Position numbers and translations under genes: made by a program
Shown here: piece after piece, positions 11,313 through 19,770 of the stretch
How the letters are laid out: every line of letters starts with the position of its first letter
Numbering within the stretch: the first letter of the stretch is position 1
The notes under the pieces: generated by a model
The model's input: the letters and a program-made list of their open reading frames with translations, nothing else
What the model was told of the DNA's origin: nothing
Databases searched by the model: none
Virus record (IMG/VR): IMGVR_UViG_3300042301_002170
Direction: 5' to 3' (one strand)
DNA from: a virus
Length of the DNA stretch: 64,000 nt

Positions 11313-11936
11313 ATGGGATATTTAAGTAATACCGAATTAACAGTAGATGCAATCCTTACAAAAAAAGGTAGAGAAAAACTGGCAGCGGGACAGGGTTTAA
11401 ACATCACTCAATTTGCGTTAGCAGATGATGAGATTGATTATTCATTATACGAACCGGCACATCCACTTGGTTCGGCTTACTACGATGCGGCAATTAAAAA
11501 TATGCCTGTATTAGAAGCTAATCCTGATGAAACACAGGTAATGAAGTATAAATTGGTAACTTTACCAAAGAATACTACAAGAATACCAATTGTTGAATTT
11601 GGAGTTCCTAATATTGCAGTTAATCAAAAAAGTGGTGAAGTTGCATTATCACCAACAACATCTCCAGCAGGAAATAGAAGTTTAGGATACACTATTGTGT
11701 TATCAAACAAAAACGCAGGAGATATTATTGGTTCAGGAGTATCATCTGAAGTAGGTTCAGTACCTATCTTTATTGGAGATGATGTATCTGCAACGGCAGC
11801 AGTATCTAAAGGATTAACATTTAAATTTATACCGAATCCATCTTTAACATCTACCATTAGAACTACAATTACAGTTTATGGTAATGAAACAGGGGGTTCT
11901 CAAACTATTCCAATAACCGTAACTTACGTTCAATAA
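11313..11936 (+). CDS. Virion structural protein (baseplate/tail associated)
   Basis: VDAILTKKGREKLA...ITQFALADDEIDY seen in myophage baseplate-region proteins; preceded by late-type motif. Confidence 0.6.
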   Translation: MGYLSNTELTVDAILTKKGREKLAAGQGLNITQFALADDEIDYSLYEPAHPLGSAYYDAAIKNMPVLEANPDETQVMKYKLVTLPKNTTRIPIVEFGVPNIAVNQKSGEVALSPTTSPAGNRSLGYTIVLSNKNAGDIIGSGVSSEVGSVPIFIGDDVSATAAVSKGLTFKFIPNPSLTSTIRTTITVYGNETGGSQTIPITVTYVQ

Positions 11937-11945
11937 TAAATAACA

Positions 11946-13205
11946 ATGGCAGTAATAAGAGATAATAGGGGGGCACTTTTAGCAAGTAATATTTCACAAT
12001 ATTTGGCAGGTGCAGCCAATACGGCAGGAACTCCGGTAGATACTAGCGAATTAGTTAGAATCGTGAATCAATTTTTAGGAACTGGTGAGCAAATTAGTTC
12101 TGATATAACTACCATTACAAATGGTATTTATAAAAAGTTTGGAGCAATTGATAAAGTAACTAACAGAACTGAAATTGTAACTTCTGGAATATGGAGTGGT
12201 GATACTGGTTCATTATCAGTAAATGCAACATATACTTCTTCTTTACAAATCGCATCTACAAGTGGTAAATATTATATAGATGTTTATAATGGTGTAACAT
12301 CATCAACTTCATCTGAAGTTCAATTCTCAATTGCGTATGGTGATGTTGCCGGAAACGGAGCACCTACATTAACACAAGATGATTCATCTACTTTACCAAC
12401 TAAAGCAACTTACAATCAATATCGTAATATTTTATTAGATTCTGCTGACCCTTACTTTAGTGTATATAGCGGTTCAACTGCGGGAGCTCATAATTTAGAA
12501 AACTTCTACGCGATTAACATCAACAGAGCAAGATATAAAGAAAGATTAGACCCAGGTAATATTTCAATTAAATTAGCAGGTACAATTGGAGACGTTAATT
12601 TAATTGATGATTCAGGTGGAACTGATGAAAATGTAACTACATCTGGAAGAGTTTATAATTTAGTTAGTGGTTCATTAAACATTGGTTCGGCATTAAGTGC
12701 ATCAATTCAATCATATACATCTTCAAACGGACAAGGTTGGGGATTATTCTATCCAGATATGGGTATTATATTGTTGAATCCTGCAGCATTAGCAGCTAAA
12801 GTTAATGAAAACTTATCAGCAGCAACCGGTTCAATTGCAGGTGTATATCACAATAACTCAACATCGGCATCGGTAACAGTTGGTACATCTGGTTCAATTG
12901 CATTATTAAAAGCATTAGCAAGTGGTAATGATTTCCAAGTTCGTAGAACTGAAAACGTTTCAACATCTCACTACTTTGTAAGAGCAAACAACAGAGAGTT
13001 TAACTTCTCAAACAACCCAACATTCGTAACTGGCTCTGTTGGTCAATTTGTTCAACCATTATTTGAAAGAGACCCTAGGGTTTATATAACAACTGTAGGC
13101 TTATACGATGATGCTAACGAATTATTAGCAGTAGCAAAAACTTCTAAACCTGTTGAGAAATCATTTGATAAAGAAGTAGCAATCAAAGTTAAATTAGATT
13201 TTTAA
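11946..13205 (+). CDS. Virion structural protein
   Basis: C-terminal YITTVGLYDDANELLAVAKTSKPVEK motif shared with the next gene; S/T/G-rich. Confidence 0.65.
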   Translation: MAVIRDNRGALLASNISQYLAGAANTAGTPVDTSELVRIVNQFLGTGEQISSDITTITNGIYKKFGAIDKVTNRTEIVTSGIWSGDTGSLSVNATYTSSLQIASTSGKYYIDVYNGVTSSTSSEVQFSIAYGDVAGNGAPTLTQDDSSTLPTKATYNQYRNILLDSADPYFSVYSGSTAGAHNLENFYAININRARYKERLDPGNISIKLAGTIGDVNLIDDSGGTDENVTTSGRVYNLVSGSLNIGSALSASIQSYTSSNGQGWGLFYPDMGIILLNPAALAAKVNENLSAATGSIAGVYHNNSTSASVTVGTSGSIALLKALASGNDFQVRRTENVSTSHYFVRANNREFNFSNNPTFVTGSVGQFVQPLFERDPRVYITTVGLYDDANELLAVAKTSKPVEKSFDKEVAIKVKLDF

Positions 13206-13220
13206 TTTAGAGTAATTTAT

Positions 13221-13256
13221 AAACTACTGACCCACCTTTTGGTGGGTTTTTAGTTT
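13221..13256 (+). terminator. Rho-independent terminator
   Basis: CCCACC-TTTT-GGTGGG stem followed by TTTTT, just after the 13205 stop. Confidence 0.85.
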
Positions 13257-13262
13257 ATGAGA

Positions 13263-13270
13263 TATTTATT
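13263..13270 (+). promoter_or_regulatory. Putative late promoter core TATTTATT
   Basis: Immediately after the terminator, before 13277. Confidence 0.6.
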
Positions 13271-13276
13271 ACTGAT

Positions 13277-14482
13277 ATGTTAAAAAGAATACCAAAATCG
13301 GATATTAGTGTAAGACCATTCAAAGCTTACAAAGACTGGGCATTTGATAATGACTCTACAGAAATTACTGTATTACAAGCAGTTAATGGAGATTATACAT
13401 CAACTGATTCAAATGTATTAACTTCCGGTAGTTTAAGTGGTTCATCATATAATAAACATTCTGTTTATGGACAATTAAGAGCTCAATTTTATAATGGACA
13501 TGAAGATAATCCGTTTGTTAGAATTGGAAATAAAAGTAAAAATTATACAGATTCTTTAAATGCAAAAGAAAGGTTTTTAAGTGGTTCTGCAAAAGTTATA
13601 TCGATACCAAATATATACGTTGGTGAAGGTATTAAAAAAGGTTCGGTAACTTTATATGAAAATAATACTGCATTTACTGATGATAGTAACGGTAATTTAT
13701 TTGATATAAGAGATGAAATAATAATTTCTTTAATAAATAACGGAAACGAATCTGCTACAGGTGTTATGTTATTTGAAGATATAATTGGAAATACTTATTC
13801 TGCAACAATAAATAGTTATTTTTTTGATGTAGAATCAAAACAAATATATTTAACTATAGGTTCTACACAATATAGTGCTTTAGTTGATACATTTGATTTA
13901 GAAACTGGTAGAATGATTGCAAATAATTTTACATTTTTACCTGAAGATGCAAGTGGTATTAGAATTGGTAATGTTTTTTATAATCATGGGTTAGTTGCAA
14001 TAACAAGAAATTCTGATATACGATTAATTAATACGTGGGATTTAACATTTAAATCAACTGAAACTATTTACGAACATGAATATCTTTTAATTGTAAATGA
14101 ATCTGATTATAATGTATCTACCAATCCAACGGCAGTAGAATCAGTAGGTGGTTCATTTTCAACATTTATTGATGATTATGGTAAAGCTAAAAGAGTATAT
14201 ACAGAACAACCTGTAAAATATATTAAAAAATTAACTACATTAGAAAACGGAAATATTTTAGACAAAAGATTTAGTGGTTCGGTTGGAAATAAATTAGCAG
14301 GATTTGAACACTATGATTTAAGTGGTTCTGTAGATTCAACTGGCTCATTCCTTGCACCATTTATAACAACAATTGGTTTATATGATGATGATTGTGATTT
14401 GGTTGCAGTAGCTAAATTACCTAAACCAATAAAATCAGACCCGGAACTTCCGGTAAACTTTATTGTCCGTTTTGATACTTAA
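13277..14482 (+). CDS. Virion structural protein, paralog of 11946..13205
   Basis: C-terminal FITTIGLYDDDCDLVAVAKLPKPIK motif shared with the upstream gene. Confidence 0.65.
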   Translation: MLKRIPKSDISVRPFKAYKDWAFDNDSTEITVLQAVNGDYTSTDSNVLTSGSLSGSSYNKHSVYGQLRAQFYNGHEDNPFVRIGNKSKNYTDSLNAKERFLSGSAKVISIPNIYVGEGIKKGSVTLYENNTAFTDDSNGNLFDIRDEIIISLINNGNESATGVMLFEDIIGNTYSATINSYFFDVESKQIYLTIGSTQYSALVDTFDLETGRMIANNFTFLPEDASGIRIGNVFYNHGLVAITRNSDIRLINTWDLTFKSTETIYEHEYLLIVNESDYNVSTNPTAVESVGGSFSTFIDDYGKAKRVYTEQPVKYIKKLTTLENGNILDKRFSGSVGNKLAGFEHYDLSGSVDSTGSFLAPFITTIGLYDDDCDLVAVAKLPKPIKSDPELPVNFIVRFDT

Positions 14483-14486
14483 TTGA

Positions 14487-14494
14487 TATTTATT
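14487..14494 (+). promoter_or_regulatory. Putative late promoter core TATTTATT
   Basis: Intergenic, before 14508. Confidence 0.5.
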
Positions 14495-14507
14495 ATAAAA
14501 TAAAACT

Positions 14508-14753
14508 ATGGAACTAGAATTAAAAGCATTTGATTACTTTTTAGGTAGTGAAAGTAATACTCAATTAATTAACGATAAATTATTTGGTATTCTTGTATTG
14601 GAAAATGAAGAATTAACAACTCAATTTATATTAGAAGAAGATTTTAATAAATATTCTCATATATTTTTAACGGATGAATATCCAAATATAGAAGATATAA
14701 GAGTTAAAATACCAGATAATTCAACTGGATTCCCAATAGTAACATTAAAATAA
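14508..14753 (+). CDS. Hypothetical acidic protein
   Basis: 81 aa ORF with A-rich upstream region and late-type motif. Confidence 0.55.
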   Translation: MELELKAFDYFLGSESNTQLINDKLFGILVLENEELTTQFILEEDFNKYSHIFLTDEYPNIEDIRVKIPDNSTGFPIVTLK

Positions 14754-14764
14754 ATAATACAAAA

Positions 14765-14971
14765 ATGCCAACAATAGAAGAATTATACAAAGCACAGCAA
14801 TCAGCATTAGGTGTTGATAAAATTGGATTTGCAGCAGGAGAATCTGCTAAAACACCATATACTACAGATGATTTAAAAAAAGCAGATGAGCAAATATTAA
14901 CTGCTGATAAGTTCAAAACAGGTAGAGGTGGTTCAATTAGTGAAAAAAAGTATTCTGATACTTTCAAATAA
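14765..14971 (+). CDS. Small hypothetical protein
   Basis: 68 aa ORF filling the gap between neighbours. Confidence 0.6.
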   Translation: MPTIEELYKAQQSALGVDKIGFAAGESAKTPYTTDDLKKADEQILTADKFKTGRGGSISEKKYSDTFK

Positions 14972-14973
14972 TA

Positions 14974-15390
14974 ATGGCTAAAAAGGTTACATCAAAAAAA
15001 CCAACCAAAAAAGGTTGGGTGGCAAGGAAGCATGGTTTCAAATCAGGCTTGGAAGAATCAATATCAATTCAAATAGATAGTAAAGGTATTCCCGTACAAT
15101 ATGAATCAGAAAAGATTCCATACATTGTACCTGCTTCAAAACATACATACAATCCAGATTTTAAATTACCAAATGGTATTTTTATAGAAACTAAAGGTAG
15201 GTTTGTTCCTGCTGATAGAAAGAAACATCTATTTATAAAAGAACAACATCCCGAATTTGATATTAGGTTTGTATTCACATCATCCAAAAACAAAATTTCA
15301 AAAAATTCAAAAACATCTTACGCAGATTGGTGTGATAAGAATGGGTTTTTGTATGCAGATAAATTTATTCCAGAAGAATGGTTTAATTAA
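14974..15390 (+). CDS. T7 endonuclease I-like Holliday junction resolvase
   Basis: FKSGLEE...YNPDF.LPNGIFIETKGRF...DRKKHL..KEQHPEFDIRFVF...YADWCDKNGF. Confidence 0.92.
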   Translation: MAKKVTSKKPTKKGWVARKHGFKSGLEESISIQIDSKGIPVQYESEKIPYIVPASKHTYNPDFKLPNGIFIETKGRFVPADRKKHLFIKEQHPEFDIRFVFTSSKNKISKNSKTSYADWCDKNGFLYADKFIPEEWFN

Positions 15391-15422
15391 TTTGGAAATT
15401 TGAAATAATTGTTGTATATTTG
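15391..15422 (+). promoter_or_regulatory. Bacteroidota primary-sigma promoter (TTTG-N20-TATATTTG)
   Basis: TTTG 15391-15394 and TATATTTG 15415-15422 match the -33/-7 consensus and spacing; ATG at 15427. Confidence 0.8.
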
Positions 15423-15426
15423 TATC

Positions 15427-16368
15427 ATGCTGAATAATACAGATAAGACAAAAATAACTACAACACTATCTAATGTGTTAGGGAGTTTTTCCGTTCTAAG
15501 GGGAAATGAATTAGCATTCTACTGTCCATTTTGCCATCATCACAAACAAAAATTACAAGTAAATACCGAAACACAACATTGGCATTGTTGGACGTGTAAT
15601 AGTGGTGGTAAGAAACTCACATCCTTATTAAAGAAGTTAGATGTTGATAGAAAAACTATTGCAGTTATTAGGGAGATATATGGTGATTCACACTATAACC
15701 CACAAAATGAAGATGGTGATGCTAAAATATTCATATCATTACCAAAAGAGTTTATTTCTCTAGCAGAACAACCAAAAGGATTCAATCCAGAATACAAACA
15801 AGCAATGAATTACCTTATTCAAAGAGGTATAACAGAAAAACAAATTGTAAAGTATGGTATTGGGTATTGTAAAGAAGGTTTATATAGTAGAAGAGTAATT
15901 ATCCCATCTTACAATTGTGATGGTTCGTTAAACTACTTTGTTTCTCGTTCTTATTATGTAGATGAAAAAATGAAATATAAAAACCCACCAATCAGTAAAA
16001 ATGTAATTTGTTTTGATTCACAAATAAATTGGAATGAACCTATTATCTTATGTGAGGGTGTATTTGATGCAATTACAATTAGAAGAAACGCAATTCCCCT
16101 TTTAGGTAAGTTTCCATCTAAAACATTAGTTGAAAAAATCTTTATGAATGGGGTTAGTGATATTGTTATCTCATTAGATAATGATGCTAAAACAGAAGCA
16201 TTGAAAGCATCTGAATATTTTAGGAAGCAAGGAATAAATGTTAAGTTTATGAATCTAAAAGATAAAGATGCTGCCGATATGGGATATAATAAGTTTTACG
16301 AAGAATTAAATTCTACAAAAGAGTTTGGAATAGAGGAGTTGTTATTAACAAAAATTAATAGTTTATGA
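15427..16368 (+). CDS. DNA primase (zinc finger + TOPRIM)
   Basis: CPFC...CWTC zinc finger, EGVFD and LDND TOPRIM motifs; start moved from the track's TTG 15409 to ATG 15427, downstream of the promoter. Confidence 0.9.
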   Translation: MLNNTDKTKITTTLSNVLGSFSVLRGNELAFYCPFCHHHKQKLQVNTETQHWHCWTCNSGGKKLTSLLKKLDVDRKTIAVIREIYGDSHYNPQNEDGDAKIFISLPKEFISLAEQPKGFNPEYKQAMNYLIQRGITEKQIVKYGIGYCKEGLYSRRVIIPSYNCDGSLNYFVSRSYYVDEKMKYKNPPISKNVICFDSQINWNEPIILCEGVFDAITIRRNAIPLLGKFPSKTLVEKIFMNGVSDIVISLDNDAKTEALKASEYFRKQGINVKFMNLKDKDAADMGYNKFYEELNSTKEFGIEELLLTKINSL

Positions 16369-19300
16369 GTTTAAAGAAAATCTATCACATTGCCGATGTT
16401 CATATTCGTAATGTGAAAAGACACAATGAGTATCGTCAAGTATTTAATAAAATGTTTGATGAGATTCGTAAAAGAGGAACAGAAGATTCAATCATTTATT
16501 TAGCAGGAGATATTGCCCATGCTAAATTAGAATTATCTCCTGAATTAGTGAGAGAGATTAGTTGGTTATTTACAGAGTGTTCTAAACTATGTGAAACTAT
16601 TCTTATTACGGGTAATCACGATTGTAATATGAATAACTCCGATAGATTGGATGTTCTTACTCCAATTGTGGAAGCATTGAACTTACCAAACTTTACATAC
16701 CTACGAGATACTCAGGTTTACTCTATTGGTGGAGTAGATTTTTCCGTATTTTCTATTTTTGATAAAAGAGATAATTGGATTCCTGCAAATAAATTATTTG
16801 GTAATAAAAAGATTGCTCTTTTTCACGGACCATTGGATACATCTCAAACAGATATTGGGTATGTAGTTTCATCTCGTCATTTTACACCAGATATGTTTGA
16901 TGGATATGACTTAGCTTTATTAGGTGATATTCATAAACGACAAATTATCACATCTCCCAAAGGATGTACGATTGCGTATGCGGGTTCATTGGTTCAACAA
17001 AACTTTGGAGAAACTTTAGATAAGCATGGATTACTTGTTTGGGATTTGGATAAAATGAGTTATGAGGAAATTGATATTCAAAATGATTATGGATATTACA
17101 CAATGGATATTGATAATGGTAATGTTCCAAAGGTTTCCGATATGCCAAAGAATCCTCGTTTAAGAGTTCGTTTATCTAATACCGATACTGCCGATACAAA
17201 GAAAGTAATTTCAGAAATTAAACAACTATATGGTGTAGACGATTTTACAATTATCAGAACCGATTCTCTTTCTAAATCAAAAACTGGAAATAGAAATAAT
17301 AGATTAGATTTTGAAGATATAACGGATGTAAACTATCAGAACTCTCTTATAAACGATTATATTGGGAGAATGATGCCATTCGTTAGTAAAGAAGATTTGG
17401 ATGGATTAGAAGCAATTAATAGAGATATTAATAGTAGAATAACTCACGATGATATACAAAGAAACATACATTGGAAACCAGTTAAGTTTGAGTTTTCTAA
17501 TATGTTTTCTTACGGAGAAAATAACAAAATTGATTTTACCAAAGTTGGTGGGTTAATGGGGTTGTTTGCACCAAACGCAGCAGGTAAATCTTCTTTATTT
17601 GATGCAATCTCATTTTGTTTATATGATAAGTGTAGTAGAGCATTCAAAGCATCTAATATTTTAAATAATCGTAAATCTGAATTTATCTGTCATTTACATT
17701 TTCAAATAGATGGAATTGATTACCATATTGAAAGAACCGCCAAAACGATTAACAAAGGTAAGAATGTTAAAGTTGATGTTCAGTTTTGGAAAGAAGAGGG
17801 TGGATTAAATACTATATTAAACGGAACAGAAAGAAGAGATACAAATAATATTATTGAACAATATGTAGGAAAATATGAAGATTTTATTTTAACTGCATTA
17901 TCTTTACAAGGAAACAACGCTTTATTCATTGATAAATCTCAATCAGAAAGAAAAGATTTATTAGCACAATTTATGGGTATCAATGTATTTGATAAATTGT
18001 ACGATATAGCAAGTGAGGATATTAAAGAAGTTTCAATATTAATTAAAAACTTTAAGAAAACAGATTTTACATCCGAATTAGCCGAAAAGAAAATTGAATT
18101 TATTAGTAAAACTGCTGAACTTAAAGATTTAGAAAAAACATTAGGTAGTAGAACATATGATAGAGATGATTTAGGAGAAAGAATTGTTGGATTAAGTGCT
18201 CAATTAGTTCCAATTGATGGTAATTTAAATATAGATGAATTAACTGCAAATAAATCTAAATTAGAAACTACATTAAATAATTACACATCTTCATTTGAAA
18301 AAAAGGAAGTAACTATTGTAGATTATAGTAAATTAGTTGCAGAAGTTTCTCAATCAATGGAGAATACTAAAAAGTTTTATGTTTCAGAAGAAGAACATAT
18401 TGATATTGAAGAAGCACACTCTAATTACGTTCAAGCAGAAAAAGATTTTAGTGAAGCGGATACTAAACACCAATTATTAAAACAAAAAATACAATCTATT
18501 AAAGATAAAATTGCTCATTTAGAAACACATGAGTATGACCCTAATTGTAAGTTCTGTTGTGATAATGTTTTTGTAAAAGATGCATTAAAAGCAAAAGAAG
18601 AATTGGAAGGATTAGAAGATAGTTTGGATTATAGTTTAGATGATGTAAATGGTTCTCTAAATGTAATGAGTCTTTTTGAAACATCCAAAGAACAATACAA
18701 AAATTTACAAACATTAAAATTAAAATATCAAAAAGGATATTCTACAATAGAAACTGAAAAAGCAGAACTAAACGGATTAACAACTAAAATAGAATTGACA
18801 AAGCATCAATTAGAAGTAGTTGAGGAAAATATCCGTAAGTATTATGAGAATGAGGAAACTATTAAACGTAATACTCAGATAGAAACTATAATAAATGGTT
18901 TGCAAAGAACCAAAAAAGAAATAGAATCTGAAGTATCTGAATTGAGTAGAAAGATTGGTGATACAAAGGGTGTTATTGCCTCCATATCTTCGTTTGTAGA
19001 GGGGATAAAAGGTAGGATGAATGAAGTTAAAGACTTAGAGGAAAAGAATCGTTTATACACCTACTATTTGGATTCTGTAAAGAGAGATGGAATACCTTAT
19101 GAATTGATTTCAAAAGCATTACCTGTTATTGAAAATGAAGTAAATAATATTCTTGCACAAGTAGTTGATTTTGGTTGTGTAATGGAAATGGATGGAAAAT
19201 CAATCAATGCTAAGATAGTTTATGATGACCAAGAATGGCCATTAGAGATGTGTAGTGGAATGGAGAAATTTGTAAGTGGGTTGGCTATTAGAGTTGCTCT

Positions 19301-19523
19301 TATTAACATATGTAACTTACCTCGTCCAAACTTCTTAGTAATAGATGAGGGGTTTGGTACATTGGATTCGGATAACTTATCATCTTTATTTATGATGATG
19401 CAGTATCTTAAAACTCAATTTGATTTTATATGGGTAATTTCTCACTTAGAACAAATGAGAGATATTGTAGATGGATTAATTGAAATTAAAAAAGTGGATG
19501 GGTTTAGTAAGATTAATTTCTAA
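16365..19523 (+). CDS. Fused SbcD/Mre11 nuclease - SbcC/Rad50 ATPase (gp47-gp46 fusion)
   Basis: ADVH, AGD, GNHD, FHG, GDIH phosphoesterase motifs; Walker A APNAAGKSS; hook CKFC; signature CSGMEK; Walker B LVIDEGFGTLD. Confidence 0.93.
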   Translation: MSLKKIYHIADVHIRNVKRHNEYRQVFNKMFDEIRKRGTEDSIIYLAGDIAHAKLELSPELVREISWLFTECSKLCETILITGNHDCNMNNSDRLDVLTPIVEALNLPNFTYLRDTQVYSIGGVDFSVFSIFDKRDNWIPANKLFGNKKIALFHGPLDTSQTDIGYVVSSRHFTPDMFDGYDLALLGDIHKRQIITSPKGCTIAYAGSLVQQNFGETLDKHGLLVWDLDKMSYEEIDIQNDYGYYTMDIDNGNVPKVSDMPKNPRLRVRLSNTDTADTKKVISEIKQLYGVDDFTIIRTDSLSKSKTGNRNNRLDFEDITDVNYQNSLINDYIGRMMPFVSKEDLDGLEAINRDINSRITHDDIQRNIHWKPVKFEFSNMFSYGENNKIDFTKVGGLMGLFAPNAAGKSSLFDAISFCLYDKCSRAFKASNILNNRKSEFICHLHFQIDGIDYHIERTAKTINKGKNVKVDVQFWKEEGGLNTILNGTERRDTNNIIEQYVGKYEDFILTALSLQGNNALFIDKSQSERKDLLAQFMGINVFDKLYDIASEDIKEVSILIKNFKKTDFTSELAEKKIEFISKTAELKDLEKTLGSRTYDRDDLGERIVGLSAQLVPIDGNLNIDELTANKSKLETTLNNYTSSFEKKEVTIVDYSKLVAEVSQSMENTKKFYVSEEEHIDIEEAHSNYVQAEKDFSEADTKHQLLKQKIQSIKDKIAHLETHEYDPNCKFCCDNVFVKDALKAKEELEGLEDSLDYSLDDVNGSLNVMSLFETSKEQYKNLQTLKLKYQKGYSTIETEKAELNGLTTKIELTKHQLEVVEENIRKYYENEETIKRNTQIETIINGLQRTKKEIESEVSELSRKIGDTKGVIASISSFVEGIKGRMNEVKDLEEKNRLYTYYLDSVKRDGIPYELISKALPVIENEVNNILAQVVDFGCVMEMDGKSINAKIVYDDQEWPLEMCSGMEKFVSGLAIRVALINICNLPRPNFLVIDEGFGTLDSDNLSSLFMMMQYLKTQFDFIWVISHLEQMRDIVDGLIEIKKVDGFSKINF

Positions 19524-19683
19524 TCTTATCCACTTTTAAAATATTTACAGATGGTTTATGAACTCCAACGTGTTTCTTAATTAGATTTTCAACTAAACTA
19601 CCCATTTTAAACCCATGTTCTTCACAATATTCTTTGAGAAGTTCGTGGGTTTCTTTTTTTATTTGTAACATTGCATATTTCAT
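19513..19683 (-). CDS. Small ribbon-helix-helix DNA-binding protein (56 aa, absent from the ORF track)
   Basis: Hand translation MKYAMLQIKKETHELLKEYCEEHGFKMGSLVENLIKKHVGVHKPSVNILKVDKIRN*; strand-helix-G-helix pattern of the Arc/CopG family. Confidence 0.75.
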   Translation of the reverse strand: MKYAMLQIKKETHELLKEYCEEHGFKMGSLVENLIKKHVGVHKPSVNILKVDKIRN

Positions 19684-19717
19684 ATTAGTTTTCTTTAGTA
19701 ATTATTAGTTTTCTTTA
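19683..19717. repeat. 15-nt direct repeat, period 20
   Basis: TATTAGTTTTCTTTA at 19683-19697 and 19703-19717, directly upstream of the RHH start. Confidence 0.9.
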
Positions 19718-19747
19718 TATAATTATGTAATTTATATTTTTTTGGAA

Positions 19748-19755
19748 TATTTATA
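19748..19755 (+). promoter_or_regulatory. Putative late promoter core TATTTATA
   Basis: Before the tail fibre ATG at 19771. Confidence 0.6.
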
Positions 19756-19770
19756 ATAAAGATATTACGA

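Noticed and set aside
15409-15426. Primase start at TTG 15409
   Set aside because: This start falls inside the -33/-7 promoter; ATG 15427 fits better
19683-19717. Direct repeat as a CRISPR array
   Set aside because: Only two 15-nt copies with a 5-nt spacer; no cas genes
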